Origin: Takakia lepidozioides
Lineage: Eukaryota; Plantae; Bryophyta
NCBI GenBank assembly: GCA_030704615.1
Contig: CM060732.1
Location: 58,032,001 to 58,096,000 of the forward strand
DNA length: 64,000 bases
Direction: 5' to 3'
Shown here: in pieces, positions 39,136 to 51,619 of the stretch
Position numbering within the stretch: position 1 is the first letter of the stretch
Layout of the letters: each line of letters opens with the position of its first letter
Position numbers and translations under genes: made by a program
The notes under the pieces: model-generated
Databases searched by the model: none
Seen by the model: only the letters and a program-made list of their open reading frames with translations
What the model was told of the DNA's origin: nothing

Positions 39136-42100
39136 TCACCAGTACTCCCGACAAGAACAAACCCCATCTTCGAAATGGTGAAAGCGGTTGGCATCCCGCA
39201 CAACAATTGCTCGCCCAACAATCTTTGAAATGAACTTGGTGGCCGTGTGGCAGTCACCACACATCCCAAGGTTCTTCATGATGCGGAGAAGAAACCCGGG
39301 GGCTGTGCTGATTAGCCCAAAAGCAATGGCCAGTTTCTCACTGTGGTGGCAGGGAGAAAGTTCCTTCTGCTCCTCCACTTCAGGCAATAAAAAGCATGAG
39401 TCAGGCACATACCCTGCCTCCTTCATTTGTCCAGACAATCTCTCCAGCTCTGCATGGATTTCCTGTATATGTGGATGCACTTTGTCATCTACAACAAAGG
39501 TGTGCACCCTGTTGCCAATCTCAATGCAGCAGCGACCTGGCTCCTTTCTGACACCTCTGACCTTCATCATTATTCTCACCTTTGCAGTATCATCCCACCT
39601 GCCAGCTGCAGCATAGATGTTTGATAGCAACACATATGTCGTGGCGTCCGGTTCATCCCACTTGAGAATCGATGTCACCACACGTTCTGCCACCTCCACA
39701 TTGCCATGAATTCTACAGGCACTGAGCAAGGCCTTCCATACCATAGCATCCGGCTTTATTGGCATGTTGTTAATGAAGTCCTCTGCCTCATCCAATCGCC
39801 CTGCACGGCCAAGAAGGTCCACCATGCAACCAAAGTGCTCCACTGTAGGAGTAAGGCCATGATCTTCACTCAGGGAATCAAACAATTGTCTGCCTTCATC
39901 CAGTAGGCCAGCATGGCTACATGCAGAGAGAACAAATATGAAGGTGACACTATCGGGCTTCAAGCCTACCTTCTGCATGCTTTCAAATAATTGCAGGGCC
40001 TCCCTATGAGAACCATGCTGGGCATATCCTGCAATCATTGCACTCCATGACACCACATTTCGTTCAGACATATTGTCGAACACTCTTTTTGCATCCATGA
40101 TACTGCCGCATTTGGCATACATGTCCACAAGGGTCGTGTCCAAAAGAAGATCTGGTACAATTCCAGCTTTAATGATGTCAACATGGACCTCTTTGCCCTT
40201 TTCTAGGGCTCCCAAGCTGGCACACGCATTGCAAATGCAAATGAACGTGGACTGGTCGGGCTTCACCCCTTCCCGTATCATTTGCTCATAGGTCACCAAA
40301 GCCTCAATCCCACACCTGTGCTGGGCATATCCAGCAATCATTGCATTCCAGGACACCACATTTCGTTCAGCCATATTATCGAACACTCCTTTTGCATCTT
40401 TGATGCTCCCGCATTTGGCATACATGTTTACAAGGGCAGTGTCCAGAATCATATTTGGTACAATTCCAGCTTTCAAGATGTCAGCATTGACCTCTTTGCC
40501 CTTTTCCAGGTCGGCCAGGCTTGCACACGCATTGCAAATGCAGACAAACGTGACCTGGTTGGGCTTCACCCCTTCCCTCATCATTTGCTCATATGTCTCC
40601 AAAGCCTCCATCCCACTCCCATGCTGTGTATATCCTGCAATCATAGCACTCCATGAGACCACATCTCGTTCAGCCATGTTGTCAAACACTCCCTTTGCAT
40701 CCATGATGCTCCCGCATTTGGCATACATGTCAACTAGGGTACTGTCCAAGATGATATTTGGCACAATTCCAGCTTTCCTGATGTCACCATGGACCTCCTT
40801 GGCCTTTTCCAAGGCTTTGAGACTGGCACATGAATTGCAGACGCAAATGAATGTGACCTGGTCAGGCTTCACCCCTTCCCGTATCATTTGCTCATAGGTC
40901 TCTAAAACCTCCATCCCGCACCCATGCTGGGCATATCCTGTGATCATCGCATTCCATGACACCACATTTCGTTTAGCCATATTTCCAAACACTCCCTTTG
41001 CATCCTTGATGCTCCCACATTTGGCATACATGTCCACGAGGGTAGTGTCCAAGATGATATTCGGTACGATTCCAGCTTTCATGATGTCAACATGGACCTC
41101 TTTGCCCCTTTCTAGGTCTTCCAGGCTGGCGCAAGCATTGCTTATGCAAATGAAAGTGACCTGGTCAGGCGTCACCCCTTCCTGCATCATTTGCCTATAG
41201 GTCTCCAAGGCCTCTGTTCCGCACCCATGCTGGGCATATCCTCCGATCATCGCATTCCATGACACCACATTTCGTCCAACCATATTGTCGAACACTCTCT
41301 TTGCATCCTTGATGCTCCTGCATTTGGCATACATGTCTACGAGGGTAGTGTCCAGAATGACATCTGGTCCAATTCCAGCTTTCATGATGTCAGCATGGAC
41401 CTCTTTGCCCTTTTCCAGATCTGCCAGGCTGGCATACGCATTACAAACACCAATGAACGTGACCTGGTTGGGCTTCACCCCTTCCCGCATCATTTGCTCA
41501 TAGGTCTCCAAAGCTTCCATCCCGCACCCATGCTGGGCATACCCTGCAATCATCGCACTCCATGACACCACATTTCGTTCGACCATATTGTCAAATACTC
41601 CCTTTGCATCCTCTATACTCCCGCATTTGGCATACATGTCCACGAGGGCAGTGTCCAGGATGATATCTGGCACAATTCCAGCTTTCCTGATGTCAGCATG
41701 GACCTCTCTGCCCTTTTCCAGAGCTGACAGGCCGGCACACGCCTTGAGAATGCAAACAAATGTGACCTGGTTGGGCACCACCCCTTCCTGCAACATTTGC
41801 TCATAGGTCTCAAATGCATTCCTACCACACCCATGCTTGATATATCCTGCCATCATTATAGTCCATGAAAATGTATTTCGTTGAGGCATGTTGACAAACA
41901 CTTGGTGTGCATCCACAATGCTCCCACACTTGACATACATGTTGACAAGAGTATTGTGTAAAAACACACTTGGCCTATATCGACTTTTGATAATGTGGGC
42001 ATGAACCTCCTTTCCCACTGCTAGGCTTTTTATCTTGATGCACTTATGCAAAAGACAGACGTAGGTATCAGAGTCTACGGATGCTCTTCCCTGGTGCAGA

Positions 42101-42450
42101 ATGTGCAGAGCCTCTTCCAGTTGTCCTGACTCACATAGTGTCCTCACGAGCCCACAAGTTCCAAAGGAGACCTTGCGGACTTCCCCTCTTGGTCCTCTTT
42201 CAGAAGCAGTAGTCATGGTGGAGGTGTCTGATCCCATCAACTGTGCTGCTGCTGCTTCCAGTTGAACATCTACCCATGCAGGTTTCTTGTCGCTATCAAT
42301 CCACAGTGCCTCACTGGTACTCTTGTGCTTGAAATCTGGTCCTCTAGGATGGATCTGAACCCACTCCATGTTGCATCCTTCAGTTATCCCTGCCTTGACA
42401 ACAATAATGTATGGATCGTCTCCCTTGCTTCTAGTAGCTGACAATGACAA
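39136..42450 (-). CDS. PLS-class PPR protein with E1/E2 and DYW deaminase domain (organellar C-to-U editing factor); true start uncertain
   Basis: 1104-aa ORF with about 23 P/L/S motifs in 101-aa triplets, P2-L2-S2, PG box (KEPG), HSEKLA, CGDCH, terminal EYW. Confidence 0.95.
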   Translation of the reverse strand: MSLSATRSKGDDPYIIVVKAGITEGCNMEWVQIHPRGPDFKHKSTSEALWIDSDKKPAWVDVQLEAAAAQLMGSDTSTMTTASERGPRGEVRKVSFGTCGLVRTLCESGQLEEALHILHQGRASVDSDTYVCLLHKCIKIKSLAVGKEVHAHIIKSRYRPSVFLHNTLVNMYVKCGSIVDAHQVFVNMPQRNTFSWTIMMAGYIKHGCGRNAFETYEQMLQEGVVPNQVTFVCILKACAGLSALEKGREVHADIRKAGIVPDIILDTALVDMYAKCGSIEDAKGVFDNMVERNVVSWSAMIAGYAQHGCGMEALETYEQMMREGVKPNQVTFIGVCNAYASLADLEKGKEVHADIMKAGIGPDVILDTTLVDMYAKCRSIKDAKRVFDNMVGRNVVSWNAMIGGYAQHGCGTEALETYRQMMQEGVTPDQVTFICISNACASLEDLERGKEVHVDIMKAGIVPNIILDTTLVDMYAKCGSIKDAKGVFGNMAKRNVVSWNAMITGYAQHGCGMEVLETYEQMIREGVKPDQVTFICVCNSCASLKALEKAKEVHGDIRKAGIVPNIILDSTLVDMYAKCGSIMDAKGVFDNMAERDVVSWSAMIAGYTQHGSGMEALETYEQMMREGVKPNQVTFVCICNACASLADLEKGKEVNADILKAGIVPNMILDTALVNMYAKCGSIKDAKGVFDNMAERNVVSWNAMIAGYAQHRCGIEALVTYEQMIREGVKPDQSTFICICNACASLGALEKGKEVHVDIIKAGIVPDLLLDTTLVDMYAKCGSIMDAKRVFDNMSERNVVSWSAMIAGYAQHGSHREALQLFESMQKVGLKPDSVTFIFVLSACSHAGLLDEGRQLFDSLSEDHGLTPTVEHFGCMVDLLGRAGRLDEAEDFINNMPIKPDAMVWKALLSACRIHGNVEVAERVVTSILKWDEPDATTYVLLSNIYAAAGRWDDTAKVRIMMKVRGVRKEPGRCCIEIGNRVHTFVVDDKVHPHIQEIHAELERLSGQMKEAGYVPDSCFLLPEVEEQKELSPCHHSEKLAIAFGLISTAPGFLLRIMKNLGMCGDCHTATKFISKIVGRAIVVRDANRFHHFEDGVCSCREYW

Positions 42451-45400
42451 CCCAATAGTTACCTACTGAACACCCTACCCCTACTTATGATACACTAACT
42501 CCAATCCTGAATTGCAGACAAACATAGAAGTATGTGTTACAGAGAAGTGACATTTTCAAAACAAGTTTTCTGATGCATCTTCTTGTCCTTCTGCTTCTAC
42601 TATAACAAAGTAAGGATTCACCTTTGTGCCTCGTCTGTCCCACCATAGACTGCGGTCAGAAAAATACTCATTCCAAAGCTTCTCCTCGTCTCTATTTTCG
42701 GTTTTGGGACACGTGCCTACAGTCCCATTTGCAGTAACATGTCATACACTTGGCATCCATAGCTCCACCTGACAAGAACTTACAAAAACGATGATGAGTA
42801 GGACAAATCTGAAGGACAAAACGTGTTGAAGAAGATGCCCTTACCACATTGTGCTTGATCTTGTGTACTGGCAGCAGTTAGGTTTTCTTTCACCCAAGGA
42901 GGATTGAACCAACCATCAATCCAAAGGACCTCTTTGTGCTGCTTACGTTTGTAGTCCAATGATCTTGGATTGGTCTGTGAAAACCATCAGGGTGCAGCTG
43001 AGGAGCCATACTTCTAAACACTGCATCCTGAGACCAAGCCGACCCTCCCAAGTAGCTTGTAAACACCAGGAAAAACCTTTAGTCTACTTAGAAGAAACAA
43101 ACTATGATACCAATAGCCTCCTTCACCTCATATGTGAAGAAAGCTGCAGTTTACCAATGCAGTTCTCCCACCGTTATGACAGAATTTCTAAATCCTCTTG
43201 CCCACACCGTTCCATGCTCCATGATTGACCTTTGTCCCAGAACCTCTTAAGAGCATCAAAACTTTGACAGGCTCCTTTCTGGAGGAGTGCTAGTGTAGCC
43301 TTCGACAACATTTGGGACACTATATGAAGTGACACAAGGAGGAACATACAAACATGTCAGAATGTGCTTAACAAGCTTGTGCATGACAGGGCTGCCCCTC
43401 TAGTAAGGCTCATTTCGGTCATACTCACTTTCATTTTCAAGCTTTGAAGGGGCTCCACCATCCACACAAGAAATAGCGCAGCACTCCTTCCACCATCACC
43501 AGACTCACCAGACTGTTCTTCGCCTTGTGTCATGGCTAATAGCTTTTCTTTCACCCAAGGAGGATTCAACGAACCCTGAATCGGAAGGACTTCTTGAGTT
43601 GAGTGTTAATGTAGCCAACTAGCTATCGTCATACCAGAGTCAGTCAAAATCCCTCCTTGACAGAATCCTTCTCATCCTACATGAACAAGGCTTACCTTGC
43701 CCACGCTGAAGTCCCAACATCGTGAAGGATCTTTGCAGAACTCATACCAGCGCTGTTCCATGCTCCAGCCTTGACCTACGTGCCAGAATATCAAACATTT
43801 CAACAGGGCAAGGGTTGCAACTAAAGCCTTTGTATGACCATCCGTGTGATTCTTCGACCAACCTTACATTACTTTCTGCTGTACAGGTCAAAAGACAATT
43901 CCAAACCTGGATCCCTGGTGCATACAACATCGCAGCCCCAAAAAGAACAAACCACAATGTGTTTCTCGTTAGTACCTAACGTCATTGGAACCTCTGAGCC
44001 TTGGGAGGAGGAGACGGAATTGCCGAGGGAGAAGCCGAATTACCCCCAACAGCCCAGGTCCTACATGATGTGAGGCCTCTCGCACATCCCAAACGAGAGG
44101 AGAGGGCCTCGGGTGTGGAGTCCACCTGCGCGCTCAGGAGAACGCTGGAGCACGCTGCCAACGGCACCCGAGCAAGCGACCACGCAGAAGAGCCCACACG
44201 CTCTCAATACCGCATACAACGCTATCCTTGTCGCAAGTGCAGAGCCGTCATATGTAAAATGGACTAGTTCATCACGTATATATAGTGTATGGCACCTGCA
44301 TCTGCGGGCAAACATTAAGGGATACATCCGGAGGAGGGGATACAAGGGGACATTGCGAGATTGCTTGGCTTGCATGCTGCACATCTCTTCGCCTCTAGCA
44401 GGGTTTTTGTAAACATTCATGTCCTATAGCTAGTAAATGTTGGTGGGTTTTTTGGCTGGGTGTGTTCAGTCGATGGGACAGGGCCTGGATTGATAGGTAG
44501 CGTTTGGGGTTTCTGAGGGACATTCGTTTGAGCCTTTCACTCTTGAGTTCACTGCTCTCACCAAACTTTTATGTTCGTGTGTTTGTGTCATGAGCTGTCT
44601 GTTGTAAGGCTGGAAAAAGCACTGCATGCAAGCGCTCTCATCGTCCTGTCCTGATCAACTCATCTCTCCCCCTTTGCTGTGTGCTGGTTGCTCAGTTGAT
44701 ACGTCACCGAGACCAACACATTCTTTCCTTGTCTGTTTTTCCCTCTCTTGTACAGCGGATGTGAAGGTTTGGTTGTTGCGAAACTGTTTGAAGGGGCACT
44801 AGACACAATCCTTTTTTATTATTATTCTTGTGAAATTCAATGGACTCCCGCGATCTGTGCATTCCTCTCCCTGCGGTTGTTGCATTACACTGAGTAGGGG
44901 GCGAAGATTCTGCTGGCGACTCGCAGTCCATCATGGAAATGCCTAGGACAGGCAGAGCAGGCGTTATCGTATGCAATCACAGCCCTCCAAGGGAAGCGCA
45001 AGTGGTCCAAGGCTATCTACCTTGAAGGTTCAATGGCTCTTTCAGGTGTCTCTCTTGTCTCTCTCTATCAATGAGGTTAAGGAGCGGGTTGGGTTTACAA
45101 ATCCGCCCATTTCCCCTCATCCAAGGGACATGGGTGTAGGTGCCCCTCAACATTTGGATATGCTCATTAGCAGTAAAGTTGTAAGCTCTCCATTTGGTTT
45201 AACTCATGCCTTAACCTGCCTTGACTGAATTTGGGCCACATCTGCGGCTTCCACCAAGGGTTTGCAGAGTGCAGAAATATGCATCACTGTTCTTAACAAG
45301 TCTCAACTATTATTTTTCCAATCTCATTCTCCGTTTGCTGTATTGCTACTAGATCAGCACTTCCATACACTCTCAAGCAGTTTTAAAATCTGGCTGCTTC

Positions 45401-45680
45401 TTGTCTTCCTTGAGTTTTTTCTTCATCCTTTAAGGTCTAATTCAGAGGGGCGATTCTGTTGGCAAGGGAACATATTTTGCCCTTGTTTCAGATTGTAGCT
45501 TCCCCCGTTCTGAGCCCTTCTGGCTTATCCTCCCTCCCCTCCTCAACTTCCATTCAAACCATATACACTCTATTGATAGAACTGTCTAACAAACACTGTA
45601 TCTCTCCCTGTCGAAGACCCAAATGTCTCTGTTGTTCAATTTCATCATTTTCACTAGCCCGTGTCTCTCATACACTGTTT

Positions 45681-46895
45681 ATGGTGGGAGCCTCAGATGA
45701 CAGTAAGGCCAAAGTCAATGAGACCTGTGGACCAGACCAACAACTGATTGAGAGATTGTGGAACAAGTTGCCCGATGAGGTTATGGATTTGGTGCTGGCA
45801 TGGCTGCCTCTCTCTTCCTTCTTCCGCATGCATTGTGTGTGCAAGAAATGGGATAATGTGATCTCATTGCCCAGCTTTCTTGAGACATACTCTCGTGTTC
45901 CTTCTGGGAATGCATGTTTCCTTCACCTAATTAGGGTTAATGGAGTTTTAATGGCAGCCTTCCATGATCCCTCAGCCAATCGTTGGCAGCGGTTATCATT
46001 AGATTCCATCCCTGTTAATGCTTCCATTCATGGTGGAGCTGGGGGATTACTCTGTTGCCAGAGGGTAGAAAATGGATTGCTGGTGCTGTCCATTTCAAAT
46101 CCATTGACAAAGGCTTGGAGAGATTTGCCCCCCATGCCTCATCCGTATACGTCCACATGTTTTCTGAAAATGGTGGCCAACAAAGAGACAAATTCCTATA
46201 TGGTTATTCGGGTAGGCCAATTACAGCCACTTCCGCCCGTTCGAAACAATGGTCCTCGCATTGAACTGTGTACAGAAGTATATGAGTCTGCTCATAATAG
46301 TTGGAAATCTTTTGACAACACACCGACAGATCTTCGGTTCATCCAAGGATGTTCTGTGCACAACGGATCACTTCATTGTCGGACTTCCACCACCCGGAGG
46401 ATGATGGTGTACTACTTGAAGCAAAATGTCTGGACAGAGATCTTTGCTCGAAATCTTGACTACATTCTGGATTCAAAGATGGTGGACTGTGACGGCAAGC
46501 CTTTTTTAGTGACAAGGGTTTGGAAAGGTGGACTAATGGAAAGCATTGATATCTGGGGGCAGAAACAGAGACCTCTTTGTAATTATTCTGGAATTGAAGA
46601 GCCAGATGATAATAAGTCACAGCATGATCCCTCCCTTGAAAATGTGGAGTGGGAAGAGGTTGCCATTATGCCTCCCACTTTGTTCCAAGAGTGGAGCTCA
46701 AGTGCAGGCCTATTTTACCATGTCGGTGTTGGTGACTCTATTTACTCCACATGTCTGGCACGTGGGGCCAGCAAGCTTGTAACATACAGTGTACGCCAAA
46801 GGAGATAGCAATTAGTAGATGGCTGCCCTGTTAGCCAAAGCAATACTTATCTTGGGGGTTTTGAGTTCCGGCCAAGGCTGGATGCAGCTGTTTAG
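45681..46895 (+). CDS. F-box protein with kelch-like beta-propeller; in-frame TAG at 46806-46808 followed by 28 more conserved-looking codons
   Basis: LWNKLPDEVMDLVLAWLP..RMHCVCKKW F-box; GGLLC, NPLTKAWRDLPPM, EVYES..SW; after the TAG the frame reads QLVDGCP..GGFEFRPRLDAAV*, a typical family C-terminus. Confidence 0.85.
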
Positions 46896-48439
46896 CGTGG
46901 AGAATCTCTTCACAGTTTGCTAATGGCAAAGATTCTTCTAGCTAGTATTGCCACTCCATCATTTTTACAGTTGGACTGATCCAAACTTTCAATAATGGAG
47001 TTTTTCTGAAACTTCATGGTTGGGAGATTGCAACAGTTGAACCGTCAGAGTGATCACAGACAGGAGACGGGTGTTAGTTGCAAGTCCAGTTTGCCATATC
47101 GTCAGCTCTATCTGATTGCGCGATTAGGCACCTGAGTGGGCTGGCAATGCATGGGTTGGTCTGCCACCATAGTCTTTAACCATACTGGTTCCTGCTGGGG
47201 TTGAAATCCTTCCAATCTCAACCTGGACATTAATGGGCTTAGCAAAAGTGGGCAACGAATCTTCCACAATTTCAGGCATGGTTCAAGATCCGTGATGATG
47301 TTGTTCTTCTACAAGTTGAATCGGTGGAAGGCTACACCTGCAGTGTTGGAGGGCCCTGATGTGAGCCTGATTATTTGTATTGAACCTCGTGCTTGATCTG
47401 ATTTGTCAACCGAATCAGTGGCAGTGTGAGAGGATGTGAACATGGGAGAGCTCTTGAATTTGAGAGTAAGTTACCTTACTGTACATGAAGTGTGCAAACC
47501 TGGTCTTGTTGAACCACCTTGTGCAATACATTTGAGATAACTATCCAGATAAATGTGTGGGTGGATGAGTTCCATCCATTGTTCTGTGCTTTGAAACGCG
47601 GAGCAGACACAGCAAGCAGTTATGGCTGCAGTTGGGAAGGGAAGGTTTCGTGCGTCTCTCGAGTATATGCCTCTCAGATTTTTTCACATCATCGAACTTT
47701 CTTGCAGCTGGAATGCTCTACTTAAAAGAATCCTCTGAAGCACGCATTGCTAGTGTTGAAATTTTGCATGCGGTCTTTACTCGATTTCTGTGGAGTAGTA
47801 GGGGAGCGGTGTCCAAGCGGCTCTATCATTTTGCTCCCCGCAGGGGATTAATTTCTGCATTTAGATTTCAATGTAATTACAAGAATCCTTCAAAGTTCTG
47901 AGTCCCCACGTAGCCAGAGTTGTTTGCTCGGTATCTCTATCCAGGCCTCTGGTGTTCTCACGAGGCCAGGTTTGTTCATTCAAGGGAAAAGGCTTTCACT
48001 TCGGCTCTCTCTTTCATTAGCTTGTATTCTTCTTTTATCTACTATATTGAACAGACGGGGTACAGATTCACTCGCGCTGTGTCAAACCATCTTGAGCAGG
48101 ATATCTGTGCCAGATTGGATCTTAGGATCCTGATTGTTAAGCTCTAAGTTAAGGACCATTAGGCTGTACATGCGTCCCACATGCGTTCTTGTAAGGAAGC
48201 ACTCTGTCGCTCGCCGAACGACAACGTCTTCAAGGACATTGTTGTTGACAAAGAAAAAGATGCTTATAAGTACTATTTGGATGGCGAGTGGAAGGTGTCA
48301 AGCTCGGGGAAATCTGTCCCCATTATTAACCCCTCAAGATCCAGTATAAAGTGCAAGGTTTGTTCTAACAGCTTGACCAGTCCTCTCTTCAAAAGCCCTT
48401 CATCCTGTAAATTGGCACTGCCCGCACATTCTTTTCTCA

Positions 48440-48632
48440 TATGTAGGACCTCATGTTCATGAATGGTGCAAGTCAAAACATCCAGAGCCTCATGAAGTGA
48501 AGAGTGAGCACTATACACCTCAAGGCACTGCCGCACCTTCTTTTATATATGTAGGACCTCATGTTCTGGAATGGTGGACGTCAAAAAACATCCAGAGCGT
48601 CATCAAGTGAAGAGTGAGAACTATACACCTCA
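48440..48632 (+). repeat. Two diverged direct copies of an ~85-bp unit in a GAPN intron
   Basis: ATATGTAGGACCTCATGTTC...CATCCAGAGC.TCAT.AAGTGAAGAGTGAG.ACTATACACCTCA occurs twice about 108 bp apart. Confidence 0.75.
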
Positions 48633-49489
48633 TTCGATCGATATTCGTAGTTCACTATCAAATCATGCACACAACTTAATGATAGTCATGCTGATCATAT
48701 ACATAAAAAATGTGTAACCTGTACATATGTATCTGGCTGTAGCTTGCACCCAAGACGAAGTCAACAAGTGTGTGGACAGTGCAAAAGCTGCACAAACACT
48801 CTGGGCCAAGACTCCTTTGTGGAAGAGAGCAGAAGCACTTCAGAGGGCCACGGCAATGCTCAGAGACCAACAGGCGCCTATCGCAGATTGTCTTGTTAAA
48901 GAAGTTGCAAAGTGTCTAAAAGATGCAATTACGGAGGTGACGATGAACTTTGTTGAAAACCTTCTCGTTTTCCCTCATATAGATCTTCATTTTGGAGCAA
49001 ACCTCAACGTCGAAGAAAATAATAGTCTGTACAACCTCTCATTTTGGATTAATAGCGTCTTGAATGGACACACGTGAGGCCTGTGGACCCCGCCACGTCC
49101 AAACAGGGGTCCCACCATGGCCGGGTCCCCGCCCTAGGGTCTGCCGCTAGTTATCAGGGCAAACCAGATGCCTTATTCCGGACTTAGTATTTTTCAGAGA
49201 TTTTCTGAGTTTTCCATCTTCATCATACTTGTCATGGGAAGATAATAGGAATAATGTAAGAACTTAATGCAAGCGCGTCAGGACGGTCCAGCCCTGACAC
49301 CCGTACCGCCGGTTCTTCGCCTCCGGCAGACATCGAAAGGCAGCCGGCTGGGCTCAGTCAATCCCTCCCCACCCCCGCCCTCATCCCATCGGCGTCGTCG
49401 CCCCCAACGTCATCGTTCTGCGACACTAGTCCGCCGCTTCCAGCAGTCCGCCAGTTCCTTGTAACCCCCGCCCCGGGTTCAACCATCAC

Positions 49490-50285
49490 CCCCATGTAAC
49501 CCTCTGTAACTCCGCCGAGTGTAACCCACACCACCATGTAACCTCTGTAAAACCAAATAACCCATGACCCTCTGTAACCCTCACCACCATGTAACCCTCG
49601 TAACCCATGTAACCCTCTATAACACCGCAGAGTGTACCCCCACCCCTATGTAACCCTCACTACATGTAACCCTCTGTAACCCATGTAACCTCTATAACAC
49701 CGCAGAGTGTCACCCCACCCCTATGTAACCCTCACTACATGTAACCCTATGTAACACCCAGAGCAGAGTGTAACCCTCACGCCATGTAACCCTCTGTAAC
49801 CTTTGTAACCCATGTAATCCTCTGTGACCCTCTGTAACCCATGTAACCCGCTGTGGACCCTTGTAACCCTCACACCATTAACCTCTGTAACACCGTTTGA
49901 GTAGTAGAGTGTCACCCTCACCCATATGTAACCCTCACTCCATGTAACCCTCTCTGACCCTCTGTAACCCTCACCACCATGAACCCTCTGGAACCATGTA
50001 ACCCTCTGTGACCCTCTATATCCCTCACAGGTGTAACCCTTACACCATATAACCCTCTGTAAACACCACAGAGTGTCACCCTCGCCACCATGTAACCCTC
50101 CGTAACCCTCACAAACATCTGTGGACACCGCAGAGTGTCACCCTCATCCCATGTAACCCTCACAAACCCTCTGGGGCTCTGTAACCCATGTAACCCTCTG
50201 TAACACCGTAGAGTGTTGCCCTCACCCCTTATGTAACCCTCACTCCATGTAACCCTCTGTAACCCATGTAACCCTCTATGACCCT
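49490..50285 (+). repeat. Left subterminal minisatellite array (TGTAACCC core)
   Basis: Dozens of TGTAACCC(TC/A) units interspersed with ACACCGCAGAGTGTCACCC. Confidence 0.92.
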
Positions 50286-50444
50286 GCCAGATTTGACAAC
50301 ACCGCGTGCAAACAGTTATCGTCATTGCATAAGTAAGTCACTTATGAGGGTTGTATAACATTCCCAGCCCCCACTTCTTTCTGCTGGCCTAGCAAAGTCG
50401 TATATGGCGATAACCCTCCTCGCTTTTATGTTTTTTTTTTGCAG

Positions 50445-51472
50445 GTACCACTGCTGCTACGGCCCGATAGATAGGCGCACGGACCCGCCGATTGTGAAGA
50501 AGAAAGAAAAACCGATAGCAGCCTCCGATAATCAAAAACCAGTCAAGCGAATCAGACGTAAGGCAGCGGATTTCGGAGAGTCATACAAACGTGGGTGTAC
50601 GTGTAGCTTCAAAGTTGGCCAGTGTTTTCTAGATTCAGAGTTGGCAATCATCACATACTTCCAGAAACAGCATGTGGATGCAAAAGGAAAGCCATGTCAT
50701 GGTTCAGCTGACCCCTCTTCCCATTTCTCGCGATTCGTGCATGCCCCTCGTCTCAGCCAAGATATGAAACAGTGGATCGTCGATAGTCTTCGCAGTGGCC
50801 TATCTCCAGCTATAATTATGACACAACACACTCAACAGCTCCAGGAAGCTTGTGCGTCTCAGCCAGGCATGGAGTGGAGTCGCGATTGTTTCTTGTTCGA
50901 GTACGACGTGAGAAACATTGCCGACAAGCTTGCGATTGAGAGTTACAAAAAACATCCAGATGATGCAAAAAGTGTACGTATGTGGGTCGATAACAATCCT
51001 GAAAGCGTCTTCTTCTACCATGAAGAGACAGCGCCAGTGGCGGGTGATTTGAAGTTCGTAATTGGAATACAAACGGAGTGGCAAAAACAGAAAATGATCG
51101 ACCTGGGACACAACCGTGTGGTATCTTGCGATGCAACATTTGGGACCAATGAAAATAAGGTATTTGTGTCACGTTTTACCTTTCATTGCATTCTGGAATG
51201 TGAGTGCCACGCAACTGTTGCCAATATTATAACACTCACCTTATTCATTTTTGTACCATTGCGACATTGCAGTTCCCAATGTATACCATGATGGTGTTCA
51301 ACGAATGGCTCAACGGCATACATGTTGCTTATATTATATCAGCGAAAAACAAAACGACTGAGCTGAGCCCCTGGATGAAACGTCTTCGCGACCGACTTCT
51401 TCAGAGCAAACCAGATTGGAGGCCAAATGCTTTTGTTGTCGACGATGCAGACGCAGAAATCAATGCTATCAG
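50445..51472 (+). pseudogene. MULE transposase, N-terminal half (exons 50445-51159 and 51273-51472)
   Basis: YHCCYGP..KRGCTCSF..HVDAKGKPCHG DNA-binding region; FVIGIQTEWQ..SCDATFGTN (first D); FVVDDADAEINAIR (second D); GT-AG intron. Confidence 0.88.
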
Positions 51473-51619
51473 GTACACGGCTAGAAGTTACAATGTTCTG
51501 AGTCACACAGTAATTCACACTACAAGTTGCATGCACGAGGGGTTTCATGGATCGGGCTACACTGCTGCTAGTTACACTGAGAATCACAGTAAGAGTTAAA
51601 CTGCCACCGGTATCCGCAG

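Noticed and set aside
39188-41834. Repetitive plus-strand ORFs over the PPR gene
   Set aside because: Antisense shadows of the PPR repeats.
43975-44420. GC-richer segment with a small hairpin as ncRNA or SINE
   Set aside because: No tRNA fold, A/B boxes, TSD or tail identified; may be promoter or 5' UTR.
49267-49464. ORF in both TIRs (MQARQDGPALTP..) as a gene
   Set aside because: Duplicated only because it lies in the TIR; frames diverge between the two ends and no domain is recognisable.
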